Notes under the pieces: generated by a model | Database searches by the model: none | Told to the model about the DNA's origin: nothing | Seen by the model: only the letters and a program-made list of their open reading frames with translations | In this document: positions 9,612 to 20,300 of the stretch, piece after piece | Layout of the letters: every line of letters begins with the position of its first letter | Position numbering within the stretch: position 1 is the first letter of the stretch | Program-made: the position numbers and the translations under genes | Source: Lama glama | Lineage: Eukaryota | Assembly (NCBI GenBank): GCA_028534125.1 | Contig: CM052831.1 | Span: 930,001-994,000 of the forward strand | Direction: 5' to 3' | DNA: 64,000 bases

Positions 9612-10759
9612 CGATGTTCTCCTAGAGCAGTCTACCCAAGTAATAGAAATAAAAGCAAAAATTAACAAATGGGACCTAATTAAACTTACAAACTTGCACA
9701 GCAAAGGAAACCATAAATATAATGACAACCTATGGAATGGGAGAAAATATTTGCAAATGATGCGACTGACAAAGGCTTAATTTCCAGAACATATAAACAG
9801 CTCATACAACTTAATAACAAAAAGCAATCCAATCCAAAAATGGGCAGACGACATAAACAAGCAATTCTCCAGCGGAGACACACAGATGGCCAATAGTCAC
9901 ATGAAAAAATACTCAGTATCATTATCAGAAAAATGCAAATCAAAACTACAATAAATTATCACCTCACACCAGTCAGAATGGCCATCATTCGAAAGTCCAC
10001 ACATGACAAATGCTGGGGAGGCTGTGGAGAAAAGGGGAATCCTCCCACACTGCTGGTGGGAATGCAGTTTGGGGGAGCCACTGTGGAAAACAGTATGGAG
10101 ATTCCTCAAAAGACTAAAAATAGACTTGCCATACGACCCAGTAATCCCACTCCTGGGCATATATCCAGAGGGAACCTTAACTCAAAAAGACACCTGCACC
10201 CCGATGTTCACAGCAGCACTATACACAATAGCCAAGATACGGAAGCAGCCTAAATGTCCATAGACAGATGACTGGATAAAGAAGCTGTGGTACATTTATA
10301 CAATGGAATACCACTCAGCCATAAAAGTAAAATAATCCCATTTTCAGCAACATGGACCTAGAGATCGTCATTCCAAGTGAAGTCAGCCAGAAAGAAAGAA
10401 AAATACCATACGATATCACTCATGTGGAATCTAAAGGAAAGGAAAAATGACACTATGAACTCATCTACAAAATAGAAAAGACTCACAGACATCGTAAACA
10501 ATCTTAGGGTTACCGGGGGAAAGGGAGTGGAAAGGGATCAATTTGGGAGTTGGAGATTTGCAAATGTTAGCCACTATATATAAAAACATTTTAAAAATTT
10601 CTTCAGTACAGCACAGGGAACTATATTCAATATCTTGTATTAACTATTAATGAAAAAGCATGAAAATGTACATACGTGCGTATCTCGTGACTGGGACACT
10701 GTGCTGCATGCCAGAGAGGGACACACTGTAACTGACTCTACTTCCATTGGACAAAACCC
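9612..10759 (+). mobile_element. 5'-truncated L1 (ORF2 C-terminus plus 3'UTR) with target-site duplication
   Basis: [22 protein letters not shown] and [40 protein letters not shown]; TSD cacaaagttag at 9601-9611 and 10760-10770. Confidence 0.95.
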
Positions 10760-12154
10760 CACAAAGTTAGGAGTGGTCGCACAAGGTTTAGGGGCAGTGC
10801 CTTAGTCCCTGGAGCAGACGTCTTGAAAACATAAAGATTTCTCACTTTGGGGAAAGTCTGAACCGCAGCTTCAGGCAGGGACTCCTGAAGCCCTGGAGCT
10901 GGGCAGCTCCCTCAGGTCTGAGAGGCCAGTTGGTTCCCTGCACCTGGGCCCGGGGACCCAGCCTGGCGCCACTCGAAGCCCTGGCGTCCTCATCCAACTA
11001 AACAGAGCAGCACCCCCCACGCGGGTGTGGCAATCCAATGGGGCACGAGGAGGCCACAGCAGGCGGGGCTCAGCCCACGGGAACCTCACCGTGACCTGGA
11101 AGATGTCACATGAGCGGTTCTGAGCACACGGCACGGCCCCTCCTTACCTGTGAGTCCTAAGACCAACTCCCTTATTCCTCAGGCCGCGGGGTGGTCGTCA
11201 CCCAGCCTCCGCAGTAGCCACTGGTCAGTGCCCGTCCTGCAGCCTCGGCCCTGGGGGAGCCCTGCCTCGCCCCCAGCTCTCTCACTGCTGGCTCCCTCTG
11301 GGCGGGTACTGAGCCTGGGCCCCCCTCCTTGTGAGCCTCAGGCGCACACCTGCCTGAGCTCCCCCCTTACCATGGGCGCCTGGCTCGTGCCCCAGCTCCC
11401 TTGTATTTAGCTGTGACTGACACACCAGGTCTAGGTGCCAGGAAAAACGGTAGATGAGGTCTCTGATTTAGTCCTTGAAAGGCGCACCCCGCCCCTCTCC
11501 TTTCCTCACTCCTGTGGGCTGGAATGAGGATGTGGTGGCAGGAGCAGCCACCTCGGTCCCCGGTCTGGAACCTCACACTCAAGACTGCAGGGCAGTGAGA
11601 GAGGCGGTGGGAGGAGAGGAAGGCGTGGCTGCTCCTCCCTGCCAGCCTCCACTTGGTCTCAGCTGTCTCCCGCCCCCACAACCCGGGGCAGCTGCCCTGC
11701 TCTAGAGCCCCTCCAGCCAAGGCCCGGGTCCCTGCACACACTATCCCAGGATGGCTGGCAGCTACTGGGGGTGCCCTCGGTTCCTCAAAGTCCCATTTCT
11801 GGGACCAACATGCGCTTCCCCCCACGTCTTGCCCTGAGCCCTCTCAGACGTGCTCCCTCCTGTTCACCTGCCCTCTCCCCCGCTGGGCCCACCCTGCACT
11901 CCATGTCTTTCTTCTCATCCCACCGCTATCCGCCAGGATTCTGGGGACAGCCCCAAGGCCGCACGGCGCTTGGCACATGATGCTCACAGGAGGCAGGAAG
12001 GACACTGCCCACAGTTCCCCCAACGGGGCTCAGGTGCTGGGCCGTCCTTCAGGTCTTCACGCTGCCTGGGGCCTCTGCACAGGGGCCAGGCCAGCTGTGC
12101 CCATCCCACTGACACGTTCCAGAGTGAGTAGGCATTTCAGCAGAAGTCACCTCA

Positions 12155-14320
12155 GGAGAGCGGACGAGAAGGCGGAGCAGGGCCCTGCGCCCCTGCGCCC
12201 ACCAGCGCCGCCGAACCGCGCCCACCTCCGACCCACCTCCGAGGGGAAGGACCGGCACCCCCCAGAAGGGGCCTTCCACAACCGGAGACAAGAGGGAACC
12301 AGCACGGGGGGGGGGGGGCGCCCGGCGCCCAAGACCGGCCCCAGAGCGCGCGGCTTCGAAGGCCAGCGGGGCTGGACCTCGGGGCCCGCACGCCCGGGGG
12401 AAGCAGAGACCCCACTCTCCGAGGGCCTCACCAGCCCCCACGCGCGCCGGGCCCCGGGCAGGAGCCGGGGGGGCCTACCTGCTGCTGGACTGGGGGCGTC
12501 TCACTGGGGGCCTGGACGCTGGCGGCCGTCACCCTCGGGCGCGGCCTCTCCGCGTGGACGCTGTGCGGGGCGGGGCGCCAGCCGGGACCCTCCCTGCCGC
12601 TCGTGGGCGCCGACGCCTGCCCCGCAGCCTGCAGGCCGCGCTACCTGGGCGGGGACACGGCCCCAGCCGTCCGCAGACAGGCCGCCTGGGGAGCCCCTGA
12701 GCCCGCCCTCCCCCCTCCCCACCCCTCCCCCACCCCCCAGCGCGCAGGCCCCGCCCCTCCCGCCGGGAGGCCCGCACGCGCCGCCAGACCAGCCTCACCC
12801 ACCAGGCGGCAGACAGCACAACCCGCCCCGCCGGCGGACCCTGCCTGGGACCCGCTGGGACCCGCTGGCCCCGGCCCTGCCCGCTAGCGGCCTGCACAAC
12901 CGACGGGACACCTGGGACCCACCGCCCACTGTCAGGAACCACCCCCGCCCCCCACGACCTGAACCGAGCTCTGCACCCTGGGCCCTGCAGGCAGCCTCCA
13001 GGGACCGGCTCCGCCTGCCAGCCGTCCGGCCCTAACCCCGGGCCTGGCTTCCCCTGCCAGTGGTGGGGGGCAGCCCCGGAGTCCTCGGGACGCCGACTCC
13101 ACCCGCCGGCGAGCCAGCCCGGCCCCTAGGACTCCGCGACCGCCCCTGGGGACCAGGCCCCGCTAAACACAGCCCGCAGTGTCCGCACGAGGCAGGGCCT
13201 GGCCCCCAACCCGGCTGGGGGCCAGCCACGCCTCCTCGAGCGCTCGCAGCCCCCCATCCCACCAGAGGGACCCACGCAGCCCCCCTGGGGGGCCTAGAGC
13301 GCAGAGCTGGGGTGACGCGAGGGGAGTGCGCGGCGGGGACGCGGAGGACGCCTCCCACAGAGGTCGCCCCTCCAAGGGGGACACACAACTAGCCCACCAC
13401 GTACGTGAAACACAACCAGCAAGTGAGATAAAACGAGGCGGCAGAGGGACGTGTTCCAGACGAAGGAAGAAGGTAACGTCCCAGAAGGAGAACGAAGCCA
13501 AGGGAGACAGGCAGCGCACCCGGGAGGCAGTTCAGGGTCACGGTCGTACAGAGGACCNNNNNNNNNNNNNNNNNNNNNNNNNNNNNNNNNNNNNNNNNNN
13601 NNNNNNNNNNNNNNNNNNNNNNNNNNNNNNNNNNNNNNNNNNNNNNNNNNNNNNNNNNNNNNNNNNNNNNNNNNNNNNNNNNNNNNNNNNNNNNNNNNNN
13701 NNNNNNNNNNNNNNNNNNNNNNNNNNNNNNNNNNNNNNNNNNNNNNNNNNNNNNNNNNNNNNNNNNNNNNNNNNNNNNNNNNNNNNNNNNNNNNNNNNNN
13801 NNNNNNNNNNNNNNNNNNNNNNNNNNNNNNNNNNNNNNNNNNNNNNNNNNNNNNNNNNNNNNNNNNNNNNNNNNNNNNNNNNNNNNNNNNNNNNNNNNNN
13901 NNNNNNNNNNNNNNNNNNNNNNNNNNNNNNNNNNNNNNNNNNNNNNNNNNNNNNNNNNNNNNNNNNNNNNNNNNNNNNNNNNNNNNNNNNNNNNNNNNNN
14001 NNNNNNNNNNNNNNNNNNNNNNNNNNNNNNNNNNNNNNNNNNNNNNNNNNNNNNNNNAGAGGTCGCCCCTCCAAGGGGGACACACAACTAGCCCACCACG
14101 TACGTGAAACACAACCAGCAAGTGAGATAAAACGAGGCGGCAGAGGGACGTGTTCCAGACGAAGGAAGAAGGTAACGTCCCAGAAGGAGAACGAAGCCAA
14201 GGGAGACAGGCAGCGCACCCGGGAGGCAGTTCAGGGTCACGGTCGTACAGAGGACCAGGGCTCGGGAGGGGAACAGATGCACGCAGTAACTGAGAATTTC
14301 AAGTCGGTGGCAGCAGAGAA
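12155..14320 (+). mobile_element. L1 5'UTR plus ORF1 N-terminus remnant, GC/CpG-enriched (forms an orphan CpG island at about 12140-13450)
   Basis: YY1-like start gagaaggcgg (12166-12175); cetartiodactyl L1 5'UTR-like blocks (gaaggccagcggggct, cctacctgctg, ggacgctggcggc, ctgggcggggacac, agaccagcctcacccaccagg); from 13433 TRRQRDVFQTKEEGNVPEGERS then frameshifted ETGSAPGRQFRVTVVQ, resembling the L1 ORF1 start MRRQRNMFQTKEQ...EIGNLPEKEFRVMIVK. Confidence 0.78.
13558..14057. other. Assembly gap (500 N) flanked by an identical 199-bp duplication
   Basis: 13359-13557 equals 14058-14256. Confidence 0.97.
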
Positions 14321-14885
14321 CAAAGCCCAAGGGGGCCCTCCTAGGTGTGACCCTGGGCAAGGGCACCAGGGCCATGACACGGACCCTGCACCCTCAACCC
14401 CAGTGCCAAGCCCAAGCAAGCCTGGCCCCCATCCCTTCTCATCACGGGAGACCCTGGAAACCAGAAGTCTGATGTGAGGATCCCTCTCCTGCAGCTCAGT
14501 TCTGGTGGGGACACAGCTACCCAGGGTCCACGGAACACGGTCACATCAGATGGCAGTGACTGTGCTGTAGGAGGCGGCGGCCTGGGGCAGAGGATGCTAC
14601 AGGGTGGTTAGAAATGCTCCACTAAGAAGCTGGCATGTGGGGCCAGCGGACGAGGAAGGAAGGGGAGCGAAGGCAGGGAGCCCTCGGTCCAGAGACTGGA
14701 GGAGAAAGCCACCGCCATGGGTCTGCCCCACGGAGAGACGATCACGTCCACACACACGGCTACATCACGTGCCCGGCCGGGCCCAGACCCCCACCGTGGC
14801 CTCACCAGGGGCCGGCCGGTCTGTCTGCAGGAAACACTGTAGTTGGATCCAACAGACAGGTAGACAACAGTCAGAAAGCATCTGG

Positions 14886-14891
14886 TTTATT
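14886..14891 (-). terminator. MGLL: MGLL distal polyadenylation signal (AATAAA on minus strand)
   Basis: TTTATT on plus; on the minus strand TGTA and ATTAAA (14919-14924) lie just upstream and GT-rich sequence downstream. Confidence 0.7.
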
Positions 14892-17103
14892 AGGGTTAGC
14901 TATGGTGTACACCAGTCCTTTAATAGTTCTAAACTGGTAACGCGCTAACAGCATACAGGTGGGGTGTGGCTGAGCTGCAGTGACGAAAAAACCAGTAAAT
15001 CGCCTGGAAAATCCTTGTGATCCTAACGGGTGTGTGTGAGCGGTCAGTGGAGAAGAAAAGGGAGCGTGGGGCCCTGCAGGGGTTTCCAGAACGTCCTTCA
15101 CAGCTCCTTCTGTGAGCCCCAGGGCCCCAGAGCTGCGGGGGAAGCTGGGGTGTCTGCTGCATGCCCGCCCCCTCCCTGCAAAGGCACAGGCCCTGGCGAC
15201 CCCTTGTCCTAGGAAGATTTTCAGCTATGAAACCGGTTTCCGTGTGGCCCACATGGCCTCTGAGTTTTGGACGGCGCTGTGTTCATATGTGTGCTTGGGC
15301 CGAGTCCCCAGTACTGCGTCCATCCCCCTAGGTGGCGTTTGGATCTGCTTCATGTCCAGGGCACCTCCCTGACCTCTGTCCTGCTCTCACCTGGAGGCCA
15401 GGCCATTGTGACCTCGCATCCTCCAAACCCACCCCCTGCAGCACTGTGACAGCGGCTGTGGCGCTCTGGGTGGCCCGCCAAATGAGCTGGGTTCTGGACT
15501 CACTCAGCACTGCGGGGAAAGGAGGCGCGCAGCCCTGTCCAGACCCCCAGACCCCGCCGCACGCACTCCTGGGACACAGGGGACGTCCTCCCAGCACAGC
15601 CACCTGCTGTGTCCTCTCCTGGTTAGGAAACAGTCTCGGTTTCAAATAACTTTTTTCTTTTAATCATGGGCAATTCTTTAACGAGATCTGTAAATGCAAC
15701 TGAAGGTGCCTCTGTAAGAACTTTCATATAAATAAATTCATGCATCGAAAGATTCCTGGTCAGACCACATGCCTGACAGTGAACTTGGGAGACGGCCGAG
15801 CCGTCGCATGCTCCTGGGGAGGCGGGCGGGAGGTGTGGGGCTCTGTGTGACCTGCCTGTCACAGCTCATAGCTGGGCGAGGACCCCAGGCCTGGGTCTTG
15901 GTTTGCGGTGGAGTTTCTGCTGTTGGTCAGCCAAGGAGCAGAAACACCCCCAAGGCTGCCCAGGGAGCAGCAGGCCCGGCTCCTCTGTGCACCTTCTCCA
16001 TGATCTTCTGCTCCCAAGAGAAGTCAGGGAAGGAAGATGGGGCAATGAAGCCCCTCTCTATGAGGACCGGGCCTGTCCCCTCCCGAGGGGCAGGGCAGCA
16101 GAACGCGAACGCTTACAGTGACCAGCTCTGGCTCCACACGTGTGGGCAGGGCCCTGGGTGGACCCAGAACCAGCCCCGGAAGGTTGTGTGGGCGCCTGTC
16201 AGAGGGCCCGTGGCCTTGGGGCCCCCACCCATGGTCATGTCTGCAGTCGGGGCCTCATGAGGTAACCGCGCATCCCATCTGAAAGTGGAAGTAGCCCGCG
16301 GGGGCGGGGACCCCATTTATTGCTGGCACAAGTGAGGGCCAGGGTGGATGGGCTTGGCACCGAGAGACAGGCCGCTGGGCGGCCCCTCCAGTCACAGCCT
16401 CAAGCCTGCAGTGTGGCCAGGCCTCCGCATGGGGACCTCCTCGCCGCCAGAGGTAGGAGGATCCCAGGCTGGCTGGCCGGGCAGGCGGGACTGGGGGGCT
16501 GCACGGAGCCCAGGCACCAACCTTCACGCCCCTCGTTCCCACCCACCAGTCTCTGCTTTGGAATTGACATTATGTCAGCCATTCTCTTCCACACAACCGT
16601 CCTCCCAGGCTGTCAGGTAACACCAGTCAGCGAGGAGAGACTGTCCTGACACGCTGCGCACACGGAAGGGGAGCAAGGGTCCCCACGGACGCCTCCTTCT
16701 GGGCCAAGCCCCACCTGCCCAAAACCACTCGCAGCCCCCGCAGACAAGGAGTGACACGGTTGTGGGTGGAGATAAATTCTGAGGACAGGCGGGCATTTCT
16801 GGGCCTCGGAGGGCAGGTGAATCGGCCCGGGGACTAGATGCCGCCCGGCATCTCTCGGCCAGAGAGGGGCCCCAGCGTGGGGTGGGGGTGAGGGCCCCCA
16901 GTTGTTATTGCAGCCGGTGTGGGCGTCTAGGACACTGGAGTCCTGGGTGCCCTGTGGGGTGGGAGAGGCCGGGCAGGGCTCTGCTGTCTAGGGCCTTCCA
17001 GCACAGTCTCTTGTCTGGGAGATGCTGTGACCTTCTCTGCTTTTGCACAGTGTCCACCCCTGAAGGCAGACCCAGTGGTGGACAGCCTGGCAGGCGACAA
17101 GAC

Positions 17104-17109
17104 TTTATT
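17104..17109 (-). terminator. MGLL: MGLL candidate proximal polyadenylation signal
   Basis: AATAAA on minus strand, about 120 nt after the stop codon, in an A-rich context. Confidence 0.5.
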
Positions 17110-17231
17110 TTTAATTGTGCTAGGGAGTCCTCCAATTTGTTTTGTTTGTTGGCAAGCCACATCTGAGAAGCCAGCTCCTGCCCGTTCTCTGCCTACTTCC
17201 CAGGCCGTGGCCCGCCGGCCGGCCAAGACAT

Positions 17232-17357
17232 TCAGGGTGGGGACCCCGTCCCCGCCACCACTGTCCTTTGGGATACCCACGTGTTTATCTCACGGAAGAC
17301 AGAGTTGGTTACTTCAGGAAGCTCTTTGTGGAGGACGTGGTAGGCACCTTCGTAAAT
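17232..17357 (-). CDS. MGLL: MGLL terminal coding exon (catalytic His)
   Basis: ctgcag|ATT; [44 protein letters not shown]; 126 nt. Confidence 0.96.
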   Translation of the reverse strand: MYEGAYHVLHKELPEVTNSVFREINTWVSQRTVVAGTGSPP

Positions 17358-20300
17358 CTGCAGTTGGGAGACAGGAAATCACGGCTGCAGCAAGTGACAG
17401 GTGGAGGCAAGGCGGCTGGGGCAGAGGACGAGCCCCCAAGACCCTCTCCTTGGCCCCGAGGACGCCTTCCTTATGGGCCAACGCCGTGTGTTCGGGTGGT
17501 GCTTCCAATAACCTAGCCTGTCCCAACATGCTCCAGCACGTCCTCTCTGAAGTCACTGTCCCCTCCCTCCAGCCCGGCCCGCCTGCGCCTGCGCCTGCGC
17601 CTGCACTGGAAGGGTGATGTCCACGCCCGGCTTCACCTCCTCGCGGTGCAGGATGCCCACGGGAAGGGGCGGGCGCCCTGCAGGCCAGTGGACAGACCAA
17701 GGAGCGGGCACTCCCTGGGAGAGCTCTGCTGCCCGGCGCCCTCTGGCGGCTCCTTTCTGTCCTGCTCCTCCAGAAAGCAACCAGCTAAGGCTTTGTGTCG
17801 CCTCAGAATGAACAGAGCCCCGGTGTTCCTGGCACCCACCTCCCAGCGGGGCCAGGCTGGCCCCATCCCGAGACATCTCTCCCGGGGTGGCCTGCAGGGT
17901 CTGGGCAGATGTCTCCAAGGAGCGCCATCTCCCCCCACCCCAGGGAAGGGACAGCGGCTCACCTTAAGCGTCTTGTCCTGGCTCTTGGCGGACTCCATGA
18001 GCAGGTAGGCCCCTCTGCTGTCGCACAGGCGGTCGGCAGAGCCCTGCAGCAGCAGGAAGGGCAGGGTCAGCTTGGGGAGGGCCCGCTCCACCCGCGACAC
18101 GGCGTTGAGCAGCTGGATGCCAAAGCACACTTTGAGCCCCGCCCGGCAGATGAGGGGGTCCGTGTTGTAGAGGTCCACCTGCAGGGGGAGAGGCCTCCCT
18201 CAGCTCCGTTGAGCCCACATAGCTGGTCCCGGTGCCGGGTCTGGGGCGGGGGCGCGGGAGCCAGCAGGCCCAGAGAGCCCGACTGCGCCACACCCACCGT
18301 GCGTCTGCCCCAGCTCTGTCCTGGACGCTCCTGCTCTCGTGTGTGCCGGAGGCCCTGTCAGTACCCGCTTGTGTGTTTTCACACACGCAGCATCACTTGT
18401 TCACTCAGATGATTTCATGAAGGAATAGCTCTGCAGGCGTTCTGGTGTTAGTCCGAGTGGATCTGTTTTCTCGAAGTCAGCCCCCCGCCCCCCGACCCAG
18501 TGTCGCCTGGATGAAGAGGGTGAGGGACCAGGCGGGAAGGCACTTGGGCAAGACACACCCCGTGGGCTTTGGGGCGAGTGGAGCTGGGGCAGGCCTGGGC
18601 CGCAGAAGGCTGCCTGCCACCCTGAGACAGAGCCCGCCGCTCCTCTGCCGGACGTGCACAGACACTGGTCCCGCCCGCCTCAGCCACCAGCCTGCCGGGC
18701 CCTGACTCTGACCCTCGCCCTGCCCATGGCTCAGAATCTCTCCTGGCCTTCTGTGGGGCTGTCCCTTCACTCCTCCCACCTCTGAGAGGACAGTGAGTTG
18801 CCTGCTTACTCTGGGCTGGGGTGGGGCATGTGCCCACATAAGTTTCCAGAGCTCTCTCAGGCCCATGAAGACAGTCTGAGGCTTGGGGACAGGTCTTCCC
18901 TCACCTCCTTTGTCCTGCAGAAATGCCGTGTGGTATTGCGATGGGTGAGGGAGAGGAGGGCCACGGGGACTGGGGCACAGGGTCAGCTGTCCGTGAGGCT
19001 GCCTGAGTCCACCGTGTTCCCACCCTGACTCTCCCGGCACCACCCCTGCAGGGCCTCAGCCAGAGTTGCGGATCTGGGCTGAGAGGGAACAGGTCAGCCC
19101 GGCCATCCCTGACTCCTCCTGGGCTGGGGACCAGCAGGCAAATCAGACCATTTGTGAAAAGCTGCATGAGATGGATTAGCCACTTCCTGCAGCTGAGCGG
19201 GCGGGAAGCCTGCAGGGCCAGGCCATCTGTCTAGGGGCTGAGCGCACAGGAGACGCGGGGGCAGTGCGGCTGCAGGGAGCCCTGCTGGGAAGAGCACTGC
19301 GGGGCCGCTGAGAACTGTCCAACGCGGGCAGCGCGACTGCAGCTCCGTGGGCAGACTGCGCCCAGCAGGGCCCGGGGAGCCGCGGCAGGGTGCCATGCAG
19401 GGGAAAGGACCAGGACTGCCTAATGCTTCTGAGCCCTTCCTATGGGCTTGGCGCTAAGTGCTCAAAGGGTTCAACAGGGCATGGCTCCCATTACCCTGAT
19501 GTGCAGACGAGGAACCTGCCCTTTACTAGTCACCCCAATCCCCTTGCTCCCCGGAGAACCCTGAGCGGTTCCTTTGGAACACAATCCCTGGAAGAAAAAT
19601 CGCATCCCAGCCCCCCTTGCAGCTAAGTGTTGTAACCTGACCACATTCTGGCCAGCAGGAAGCAAGGTGTGTGCCATGTGCTCCCTGGTCTGGGGTTTGC
19701 CCGGCCCCTCAGCTCCCTACCCTCCTCCTGCTGCCCAGAACATGGGCAGAATAGGGACAGAGCTGGGGCCACATGGACGAGGGCTGCACCCCAAAAACAG
19801 AGAGTGACAAGGGGCTGTCACCCACCAGGAAAGTGCACCTCCCTCCTGGTTAGGCTGTGGTGTTGGGGTCTCCACGCAGCAGCAGGAGGGCCTGCTGTGT
19901 CGCACCCCTCCCAGTGCTGCAGGGCCCTGGTTGCAGGGTGACCCCATGACACACAGGGCCCGAGCCCATGGGCCCCCTCCTTCTTGAGTGGCCTGGCACC
20001 CTGCCTGCTGACCGGCCACGAGGCCCCTCGGGGAGTTGGGTCCAGGTTAATTGCTCTGACGGCCCTATTGGCTTCCTGCTTGTGGCTTCCTTTTCCACAT
20101 CCTGAGCACGTAGGCCCTGTGTACACAGTGGCTACTCAGGGCCTGGGGAGGAGCTGAGAGCTGTGTCGGGCAAAGGGTAGGCCCTGGTGCCAGCTGCAGC
20201 CGGGCAGGGGCAGACGGAGCAGGCAGAGAGGGAAATGAGGCTCAGAGGCCCCAAACCTTCCCCTCAAGTAACCCTCCTGGCCCAATCACGGCAGCCTTTG

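Noticed and set aside
11653-13035. 460-aa plus-strand ORF over the orphan CpG island
   Set aside because: Non-ATG start, Pro/Arg/Gly low-complexity, no domain; explained by stop-codon scarcity in GC-rich L1-derived sequence
13179-14477. Long ORFs with X runs and an apparent peptide repeat
   Set aside because: Artefact of translating through the N gap and the false duplication
15325-15338. CTCF-like motif cccctaggtggcgt, and scattered AP-1 heptamers elsewhere in MGLL introns
   Set aside because: Isolated short motifs are expected by chance in 64 kb of GC-rich DNA and cannot be supported without chromatin data
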